DNA from: Octopus vulgaris
Taxonomy: Eukaryota
Length of the DNA: 64,000 bases
Assembly: GCA_951406725.2 (NCBI GenBank)
Contig: OX597824.1
Coordinates: forward strand, 85,250,001-85,314,000
Direction of reading: 5' to 3'
Of the stretch, positions 54,070 to 64,000 are shown piece after piece; within the stretch, counting starts at the first letter, position 1; every line of letters starts with the position of its first letter. Under the pieces are notes generated by a model. That model ran no database searches and had not been told where the DNA came from. It saw nothing but the letters and a program-made list of their open reading frames with translations. The translations under genes were made by a program, and so were the position numbers.

Positions 54070-54727
54070 AATACGTATGCAATAAATACATACATACATA
54101 GGTGGTGGTGGATTATGTCGACGCTTCAACTAAATGAAGGTTTAGCAAAACACAGCTGTACAATGTTATCGCTACTAGACTTATGAACAAAGCATTATGG
54201 TGTTGGTGCTGGTGTCTTGGTTTGCAAATTGGGTATGATTTGTACAGAAGCAGCCCCACTCTTTCGTCTTTCAAATTTGTATTGGTCTAGTACAACAAGT
54301 GCTACGAGCACCGTTTTTAGGATGCAGGCCATGGTGCTGAAGTTCCCGGCTTTTGAGAAGCGTGAAACCACTTCTTAACCACTATTGTTCCCAGATTTTC
54401 TCTGACCCTTAGTAGTAGCACCTCTGAGAGTCCAAGCTATGGCTTAATTACCATGTCATGGAATTACTTCCAGAAGAATGCCACTTACATACATACATAC
54501 ATACATAATACATACATACATACATACATACATACATACATACATACATACATACATACATACATACATACATACATACATACATACATACATACATACA
54601 TACATACATACAGACATACATACATTAATACATACGTACATACGTACGTACGTACGTGCACACATAAGCACACACGGGGATCTCTTTTCGTGTGCTTTCT
54701 ATTTTTGCTTCTGCGTAGATATTAACT

Positions 54728-54935
54728 TCAAATTTTAGCACAAGGCCAGCAATTTCTAGGGAATAGTTAAGTCGATTATATAGACCATAGTGCTAAACTG
54801 GTACCTATTCCATCGACCCCAAAAGGATGAAAGGTAAAGTCGGCCGCGGCGAAATTTGAACTCAGAACGTAAAGTCGGAAGAAATGCTTCTGAGCTTTTT
54901 TCCCGGCGTGGTAACGATTATGCCATCTCGATGCT
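54728..54935 (-). mobile_element. SINE family B variant
   Basis: Core AAAGGATGAAAGGTAAAGTC..TTTGAACTCAGAACG. Confidence 0.75.
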
Positions 54936-54969
54936 TTGGTTCTATGTAGATGTTGCGTAACATATCAAC

Positions 54970-55200
54970 TTTTAGAACTTCAGCAGCACCGTCGCATCAA
55001 TGCTTGATTGGCAGAGGGCTTTACGGGTTTTCACATTTAGCACTTTTTCTATTTCTTCTTTCGTAATTTCTGTATCGTGAGTATCCACATCACACGGTCT
55101 ATCCAAGATTTCTAACACTATTTCCATGTTACGTGGGGGGATTAGTGTAAAGTCATTGCGAAAAAAGATCCTTCCCACATTGAAATATCTCAGCTACATT
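54970..55200 (-). pseudogene. Highly degenerate LINE (RTE-like) pre-RT fragment
   Basis: EITKEEIEKVL..KTRKA..I.A..LK resembles the conserved I..EE..L..K..KA.G.D.I..E.LK block. Confidence 0.35.
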
Positions 55201-55504
55201 TGTATTTACGTAACTATTTCTATTGTTTTTATTACACTGTTATGTTTTCCTCTTCTTTCACAGACTGACATCAAAGGAGTCTGACTATTAATTGTTCTTG
55301 AAGTCAGCTTCTAACAATTTTTGTAATTTCACCGTTGGCGTGATTGCTTTCACAGTTATTTTTTTTTATCGTTCGAGTGGTTTATTGAATTTTGCAGCTC
55401 TACCTTTCTTTTCTCTCCGTAAACTGTCTCTGTTTCTGAAGGAAGCTCTACCAATTATAGTCCAGAATTCAAGACAGCAGTATCTTCTGTTATTTTATTT
55501 CTTA

Positions 55505-55898
55505 CTAGCAGTATTGCCCGGCGTTGCTCGGGTTTGTAAGGGAAATAACTATATAAGCATTTTTAAAGATGTAAAGTATAATAGCCATCTCAATATGGTT
55601 AACCACAAAGTGGGGGGTGTTACTGTAGCTTTTTACGTTCTGAGATTTAATAATACATTTTTAGAGAGTTAATTCCCTTATATAATAGCAAAAAATGCAT
55701 TAAAATGGGAAAAAATGATGGTAATTTTTTAAAAAATCGTAGACTCATCGTAGACGCGCGCTAATACCCAGAAGGGCTCGATATGAATCACGACTATAAG
55801 ATACCCGCTTTTGGTTTCACTGCACCGCAAAATGTGGGAGTAGTTAGGAATCTAAATCGTAGGAGACAGACACACAACTTCACTTTTATATATAAAGA
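55505..55898 (-). mobile_element. Non-autonomous Helitron, complete
   Basis: Minus strand A|TC..hairpin CCCGAGCAACGCCGGG..CTAG|T. Confidence 0.85.
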
Positions 55899-56411
55899 TT
55901 TCTTTGAAAGACATACAAAATTCATCGGTGTCAGCCGTCTAGAGCTGACAGAACGGTACGAAAGCGCCCTCTATGTTTATTTCATACTCTCGAGCCAGGT
56001 CTCCAGCGGCAGATTTGTTCAAGTCATATTGTATGTGTGCGTGCATGTATGTATGTATGTATGTATGTATGTATGTATGTATGTATGTATGTATGTATGT
56101 ATGTATGTGTGTGTGCGTGCATGTATGTATGTGTGTGCGTGCATGTATATATGTATGTGTGTGCGTGCATGTATATATGTATGTGTGTATGTATGTATGT
56201 TTGTATGCATATACGAACGTATTTATATCTGTAATGTGTGTATGTATGTATATGTGTGTGTGTGTATGTGTAATGTAATTCCTTCATTACTTTATGTATT
56301 CCAACCGAAAGGTTATGGACATGTCGTGGCCATACTGTAGCCATGCTGAAGCCACGATAGGACACAGACATGAATATCAGTACCAACACCACACACAAAC
56401 ACATAGTACTT

Positions 56412-56815
56412 ACATCCACCCATCCATCCATCCATCCATCCATCCATCCATCCATCCTTCCATCACCCATCCACCCAGCCATCCATTCATCCACCCCTCC
56501 ATCCATCCATCCATCCATCCTTCCATCTATCCATCAAAACCCATCAATCCATCCACCTATCCACCCATCCACCCACCCACCCATCCACCCACCCACCCAT
56601 CCACCCACCCACCCATCCACCCATCCACTCATCCATCCATCTATCGACCTATCGACCCATCCATCCATCCACCCACCCACCCACCCACCCACCCATCCAT
56701 CCATCCATCCACCCACCCACCCATCCATCCATCCATCCATCCACCCACCCATCCATCCACCCAACCATCCACCCATCCATCCATCCATCCACCCACCCAT
56801 CCACCTCATCCATTC
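56412..56815. repeat. (CCAT/CCAC)n tetranucleotide repeat
   Basis: Direct reading. Confidence 0.95.
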
Positions 56816-57126
56816 ATACATAAACGTGTATGTGAGGGTGTGAGAAAGGAGATTTCGGTGATAACTCATAGGGGTAAAAGGATGGGTGTTAACAACGACT
56901 GTATAAATGAAGAGCTGAATGGATTGTGTGACTCGGTAGATTCTGAAGTAATGAAGTAAATTGATGATAAATTCTGGAAGGTCTGCAAAGACTCATCTCG
57001 GTGAAGTGGGACGGCACGCTGGCTGATATGGAGAAAGATAAAAGAAATAAATCTTTGTATATAATGTACACATGTAAGTATCCATGTATATACGTATGCA
57101 TGTATCTACGTATGTATATATGTACG

Positions 57127-57211
<85 letters not shown>

Positions 57212-57218
57212 ATGCATG

Positions 57219-57515
57219 TGTGGAGGCGCAATGGCCCAGTGGTTAGATCAGCGGACTCGCGGTCGTAGGATCGCGGTTTCGATTCCCAGACCGGGCGTTG
57301 TGTGTGTTTATTGAGCGAAAACACCTAAAAGCTCCACGAGGCTCCGGCAGGGATGGTGGTGATCCCTGCTGTACTCTTTCACCACTCTTTCTTCTGTTGG
57401 CCTGCTCGCTTAGCCAGCGGGGTGGCGTCATTCGAAGGCTAAAACAATGCGAACGCATTGTGACCAGCGATGTGTAACAACATCTGATGGTCTGGTCGGT
57501 CACGTGATCACGTGA
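57219..57515 (+). mobile_element. SINE family C, tail variant 4
   Basis: Same head as the 33435 copy; tail ends GGTCGGTCACGTGATCACGTG. Confidence 0.9.
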
Positions 57516-57970
57516 TATAATGTACATATGTAAGTATGCATGTATATACATATGCATGTATCTACGTATGTATGTATGTATGTATATATGTATGTGTGTG
57601 TGTATGTATGTATATGAGCATGTATTCTTAGAGTATTAGTGAAACGTATAGCTCGGGAGAGATGGGTTGATATCTTTACTCTTATTATACGATGTTATTG
57701 TTAACTTAACGTAAAACATAGCTCTGTGCTATTGCAAAACCGAAAGGAATGCAACTGACATTGAACATTAACTGCACTGTAGTTAATCTGCAAAGTAAAA
57801 GTAAACTGAAAAATTTCATGCGTACATGCATACATACATAAATGCATGCAGACATACATATGTTTGTGCGTTTGTGTATGTATGTATGTATATATATATA
57901 GAGAGAGATAGATAGATAGAGAGAGAACAAAGTGTACGTACGCCGCTATATATATATATATATATATATA

Positions 57971-58485
57971 GTTAATCCAAACAAGAAAACACAAAGAGAA
58001 AACACAACAACACGGGAACGTGGAACAAGTATAGTATTATTAGACGCTCAGGAAAGGAAAGAAAGAAGGAAGATTTAACGTTTCGAGCGGAGCTCTTCGT
58101 CAGAAACATAGGAAAAGGAAAGATCCAAGGAAGGGGAGACGGAGGAAAAAAATCGCCAACGATACACACGTGGTCACATTTAATACAAAATGGGACAAGA
58201 ACGCAAAACATCTGGACAACTAGGTGATACAAAAAGGAACAACAAAACATCCAGATAGACGATGCAAAAAAACAAGGACGGGTCATTCGAAGCTTTCTAT
58301 CCCCAGTCAAGAACCGGATCATCCTTGCAATTTCGGCTGATTAATCTTGTTCGAGGACGATCCGGTTCTTGACTGAGGATAGAAAGCTTCGAATGACCCG
58401 TCCTTGTTTATTTGTATCATCTATCTGGATGTTTTGTTGTCCCTTTTTGTATCACCTAGTTGTCCAGATGTTTTGCGTTCTTGTA
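57971..58485. mobile_element. Penelope-like terminal fragments: hammerhead module plus inverted arms (58195-58325 / 58354-58484)
   Basis: Arms are reverse-complementary and related to the 50173 repeat. Confidence 0.7.
58073..58107 (-). ncRNA. Minimal type-I hammerhead motif with canonical core
   Basis: GTTT-CTGACGA-A-GAGC-TCC-GCTC-GAAA-CG-TT-AAAT. Confidence 0.7.
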
Positions 58486-58489
58486 TATT

Positions 58490-58527
<38 letters not shown>

Positions 58528-58528
<1 letters not shown>

Positions 58529-58830
58529 CACCGTGATCACCGTGACCGACCAGGCTATCAGATGTTTCTACACATCGCTGGTCACAATGCTCTTCGCATT
58601 GTTTTAGCCTTCAAATGGCGCCACCCCGCTGGTTACGCGAGAAGGCCAACAGAAGAAAGAGTGAGAGAAAGTTGTAGCGAAAGAGTACAGCAGGGATCGC
58701 CACCACCCCTGCCGGAGCATCGTGGAGCTTTAGGTGTTTTCGCTCAATAAACACTCACAACGCCCGGTCTGGGAATCGAAACCGCGATCCTACGACCGCT
58801 GCACTAACCACTGGGCCATTTCGCCTCCAC
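58528..58830 (-). mobile_element. SINE family C, tail variant 4, inverted relative to the 57219 copy
   Basis: Reverse-complement similarity over its full length. Confidence 0.9.
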
Positions 58831-59370
58831 ACACACACATACACATACGTATATGTACGCATGTATATAGCGTAGGCATTAGAAATATGAAGGTCAAAAG
58901 AGTACTCAGTACTTAAGGTTATTGAAACTCTTCGTTTACTTTTGATCCTTTGTGTGTATGTGTGTGTGTGTTATTGTGTGTGTGTGTGTGTGTATGTGAA
59001 TGAGTGTGTGTGAGTGTGGGGGGTGTATAACGAGAATTACTATGCGTTTATTACCGAACTGCTATCATCAACTTTGCTAGGACGATTACAATTATTTCTT
59101 ATGAAGACATTATTGTTCGTGCACGGAAAGCGCTGATTTTCTGAGAAAAACCTATTAAGATAATTAAAAAATTCTAAAACGTACTTCGGTTGCGTGTGCA
59201 GCAGAGTCCAGAGACTTCTTAGTGTGTACCTAATAGACCATTTAAAGATTTATTTTTCAGGTGTTTCTAGTGGAATATACCAGAATAATGGACTATTGAC
59301 GCTGCAAAACAATAACCTGCAAACAACGGACAGATCTTGGAAAAATTTGCAGTTTTTCTGTATGAACCTT

Positions 59371-59415
<45 letters not shown>

Positions 59416-59658
59416 TAATGAATATGGTGTGGCTGTGTGGTAGGAAGTTTGCTTCCCAACCACATGGTTCTGGGTTCGGCCCCGCTACGTAACATCTAGG
59501 GCAAGTGTCTTGTATAATAGTTTCAGGCCGAATAAAGTTCTGCGAGTGGATTTCATAGAGCGAAACTGAAAGAAGCTCGTCGTATATATAAATGTGTGTA
59601 TGTGTGTCCCGCTAAATATGGATGCCTTGTTAGAACACCGAATATTGCGTTATAGCGT

Positions 59659-60079
59659 CTCTTATTTCTTTATTGCTCACAAGGGGTTAAACATAGAGGG
59701 GACAAACAAGGACAGACAAACGGATTAAGTCAATTACATCGACCACGGTGTGTAACTGGTACTTAATTTATCGACCCCGAAAGGATGAAAGGCAAAGTCG
59801 ACCTCAGCGGAATTTGAACTCAGAACATAACGGCAGACGAAATCCCTATTTCTTTACTACCCACAAGGGGCTAAACACAGAAGGGACAAACAAGGACAGA
59901 CAAACGGATTAAGTCGATTATATCGACCCCAGTGCGTAACTGGTACTTATTTAATCGACTACGAAAGGATGAAAGGCAAAGTCGACCTCAGCGGAATTTG
60001 AACTCAGAACGTAGCGACAGACGAAATACTGCTGAGCATTTCGCCCGGTGTGCTAACGTTTCTGCCAGCTCGCCACCTT
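59659..60079 (-). mobile_element. SINE family B dimer with a single TSD, nested in a family A SINE (59425-60300)
   Basis: 14-bp TSD TTGCGTTATAGCGT at 59645-59658 and 60080-60093. Confidence 0.9.
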
Positions 60080-60889
60080 TTGCGTTATAGCGTTGAGAGA
60101 TCATCTCACATAGGCCCTTGACAATCAGTGTTGGTGTGTTTAGGTCCCGGTGTGGTTAGCGGTTCGACAAAAAGCGTCCGATAGAAAAAATACCAGGCTT
60201 AAAAAAATAAGCACTGAGATGGATTCGTTCGACTAAAACAATTCTTCAAGGTAGAGCCCCAGCATGGCCTCAGTCTAATGACTGGAACAAGTAAAAGATT
60301 TAAAAAATACGGATGCATGTAGCAATTACGAGGCCATAGAATTGTGTTTGAGTATGTGGTATATATATATAGTATGATGCTTATTTGCATAGTGTGTATG
60401 TTATTTATAAACGCCTAACAGCATTTAATCGTTATGCTTTTGTATATATTATTTTGTATGCGTATATAAATATTTGCTAGTTAGCAGTTTTTTTTAATGC
60501 CGAGAACATTAACAAGCAAGGTAAAAGAAATACTTACAAAAAATGTTAACACTACTTCCACGTACACAAAAATGTGTACAAAAATGTTTCCAGTACAAGC
60601 ACACTCATACATTTCTAAACACTGAGCACCGGGTGAGATTGTTAATTTGTAAAGGCATGTCATGTATTTCAGTTTAACTCTCGTTTAGTTATTTCGCAAA
60701 TGGAGAAAATCTTCCCAAGAATGTTGATGCCACCCAGAATTCTGTTTGGTAAAAGTTCCATAATATTTTCATTTAAAAACTATTTACCATTTGTATTAAA
60801 AAAAATACACACAAAACAAACAAACAAACAAACAAAAAAACTCAGTGGATTAAATCACTAAATACGCAATTCAGAAAGAAGTCCTCTAT

Positions 60890-61635
60890 GACTCTGTGGT
60901 TAGGAAGTTCAGCTTAATAAACAGGTGATTTCGGGTTCAGTCCTACTGCGCGGCACCCTGGGCAAGTGTCTTCTACTAAAGATCCGGGCTGACTAATGCT
61001 TTGAGAGTGAATTTGGTGGACAGAAACTGTTTGGGAACCTCTCGTTTGTGTATCTATGTGTGTTTGTCCCCACCGCCGCTTGACAATCGGTGTTGGTTTG
61101 TTTACGTCACTGTAATCTAGCAGTTCGGCAAAATTGACTAGTAGAATAAGTGCTAAATATAAAAACATGTACTGTGGTCGATTTGTTCGACTAAACTCTT
61201 CAAGGCGCTGCTCCAGCATGGCTGCAGCATAATGACTTAAGCAAGTAAATGACAGTCGCTCACCATCATGGAAGCAATACCCAAAAATTCTTCTCAATAC
61301 TTCCTAACATCAAAAATATAGGAAGAACACACTAAATCATGTAACCCCACACATACACAAGGCGCAGGCGTGGCTGTGTGGTTAGAAGCTTGTTTCCCAA
61401 CCACATGGTTTTGGGTTCAGTCCCACTTCATGGCACCTTAGGTAAGTGTCTTCTACTATAGCCTTGGGCCAACCAAAGCCCTGTGAGTGGATTGAGTAGA
61501 CGGAAACTGAAAGAAGCCCGTCGTAAATCGACCCCGAAGGATGAAAGGCAAAGTCCACCACGATAGAATTTGAACTCAGAACGCAAAGACGGACGAAATG
61601 CCGCTAAGCATTTTGCTCGCCACGACTGCTCCAGC
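60890..61635. mobile_element. SINE cluster (A 60890-61250 plus; A head 61359-61525 plus; B fragment 61525-61635 minus)
   Basis: Motif similarity to the other copies. Confidence 0.75.
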
Positions 61636-61690
61636 TAATGATTCCCCCAGCTGGTTGCTGAAATAACAACAATAATAAAAAGAAAGTAAA

Positions 61691-61740
<50 letters not shown>

Positions 61741-61764
61741 GTTGTTATTATAGTTGTTATTATT

Positions 61765-62011
61765 ATTCTATGTTTGACTTTTGCTTTATATTTGTACAAG
61801 TTGGCTCCAAGTCTCACCCAGAGACCTCAAGAGGCAACAGGTTTGAAGTTCGTATTATTGTTATGCCTAGTGTGCCATATATTTGGTTTTGTATTTAGTG
61901 TTGTACTAGTGAATGCCTAAAAAAAAATAAAAACCAAAGTTATGTTTGTTTTAAAACTTGAGGTTACATAGAAAGTATTTTGCATAGGATATGAGCAGTT
62001 CTCATGAGCAC

Positions 62012-62012
<1 letters not shown>
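61765..62012 (-). mobile_element. Probable R4/Dong-like non-LTR 3' end inserted in (TAA)n
   Basis: Minus-strand VLMRTAHILCKILSM* resembles the GTAHILR..L terminus; (TTA)n on both sides. Confidence 0.55.
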
Positions 62013-62049
<37 letters not shown>

Positions 62050-62391
62050 GTGAACTGGAAGAATCATTAGAGCGTCGGACAAAATGCTTTGCCGCAATTG
62101 TTCCGTTTTCTACGTACCAGGTTTAAATTCCGTCAACGACAACTCATCGTTCAATCCTGCGGAGTTCGTTAAAATAAGGTACAGGCAAAATACTGCGGAT
62201 GATTTAATTGATTATCCACTCCTACTCAAAAAAAACATTTGTAGCTCTATGGCTTATATTAGAAACGAACATTGTCAGTAGCATTATTATTTAAGTCAGA
62301 ATAGACGTTCCCAGTTGGATATGTTGTTAACAAAGGTGTAGACGATAACGGGGTAGGCGTGAGAAGGAAAACAAGAAAAAAAATAAAAGAG

Positions 62392-62466
<75 letters not shown>

Positions 62467-62798
62467 AGGAAGCGTAGTGAGGCTGATTTGAGAGAAAATA
62501 GTCCAGTCAAATGACTTCTTTGTAAAAGACGTTGATATATAGAAAAATGAAATGGAGTATATAAGAAAACTTATATACAGGAAGAGGGAAAATAATGATT
62601 GCCATTCACGTACACACATGCGCACGCATACACACCCACATATATACATCTATATCTACATATACATAGTTACATAAACATACGCACGCGCATGTATATA
62701 CGTACAAAGAGAGAGACGCAATAAAAAGTTACAAACATTATACCATGTTTATATGTGTATACATATATATATATTTATGTATTATAAAAGTATATATC

Positions 62799-62873
<75 letters not shown>

Positions 62874-63004
62874 ATGTACACATTTATGTATATGAAAATA
62901 TACTTACCTATAAGTTGATATAGATATATACAGATACATAAATGAATATATATATAAATGTATAAGTACACACATCTATACAAAAAAGCGCACAGATCTG
63001 TATA

Positions 63005-63046
<42 letters not shown>

Positions 63047-63174
63047 CATACACACACACACACGAATAAGTTGTCGTCTAAATTACGCAAAATGAAAATA
63101 ATACTCACATCTCATTTTAACAGATATATTTACCAAAATTATATAAAAATATCTTGAAATACTAAATAGTAAAT

Positions 63175-64000
63175 TTATTCAATAAAATCGCCATTGGCGT
63201 CAACCACGGCCTCCAGACGACTTCGGAATCTCCTGCAGCTCTTATTGATGGTCTCCTTGCTTAAGTGGGTGAATGCTGCCATAATCCTTGCTTTCAGTTC
63301 ATCTTTGGTGTTACAAAGAGTTTTGTTGGTCTTCCGCTCATCTGCGCCCAACACATAATAATTAGGGGGGTTGCAGTTTGGGGAGTTCGGTGGCGAGATG
63401 ATAGGGGCAATGTGGTCGCAGAAATTGTCTGACAGCCATGACTGGGTTCTCCTCTTTGTGTAGCATGGTGCAAAGTCCTGTTGCCAGTCAAAGGGTCTTC
63501 CAGCAGCCACCCTTTTGAGCCAGGGCAGCACTACCTCCTCCAGGCACTTGATGTAGGCCTGTGTGTTGAGTCTGAGGCCATGTGGGAAGATGAATGGAGG
63601 CTTAACGTCGCCACCACTAGTGATCACTCCAAATGCCATGATGTTGACTGGATGTTTGATTTTCATCACTCTCGGTACATGTTTTGGGAACATAGCAAGC
63701 CAACGGTTGTTCTGTGTATTCACCATCTGATCCAGGCAGAAGTTTTTCTCGTCTGAGAAAAACCAAATTATGTTCGTTGCCAATCATAGCCTGGATCTCA
63801 TCAACAAATTCAGGAGTTCTTTTCTTATAAGAACGATCGGAGTGAGTTTTCCAAGCTACCGTACCTTTGTAGTCACCATTAGACGCACCCAGCTCCTTCC
63901 GAATCCTCTGCACAGCCCTCAGATTGACACTTAAACACTCTGAAATGTTCGTATTGGAGCTTCCGGCACGAATGCCAAACAGTACAGCATGTCGTTTCCA
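63175..64000 (-). pseudogene. Tc1/mariner DD37D (maT-type) transposase remnant
   Basis: FSDEKNF, WQQD, SP.CNP.(D>N)Y with 37 residues between the 2nd and 3rd catalytic positions; frame break near 63783; runs off the window end. Confidence 0.85.

Overview
AT-rich, gene-poor eukaryotic DNA, almost certainly an octopus (coleoid cephalopod) intronic or intergenic region. I infer this from the extreme (TA)n/(CA)n/(TACA)n microsatellite load and four tRNA-like SINE families. No intact host gene can be supported, and most ORF-track entries are microsatellite read-throughs. Recognisable coding remnants are all transposon-derived: Penelope-like GIY-YIG (16767-17500, 48830-49058), a CR1/L2-type RT preceded in frame by a Myb/SANT-like segment (25300-26815), mariner and DD37D/maT transposases, and short L1/Tx1-, RTE- and R4/Dong-like pieces. 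Non-autonomous Helitrons and MITEs are also present. The main hidden signal is RNA structure. Six unrelated repeats carry minimal type-I hammerhead-ribozyme motifs (some with variant cores) and a seventh has a strongly deviant core; several sit in fold-back arrangements. One family (50173-51165, 58190-58485) contains all hammerhead core nucleotides and perfectly registered helices in a non-circularly permuted, pseudoknot-like order, with copy ends falling 1 and 7 nt from the predicted cleavage site. Everything was read by eye, ribozyme activity is inferred and untested, and TE boundaries are approximate.
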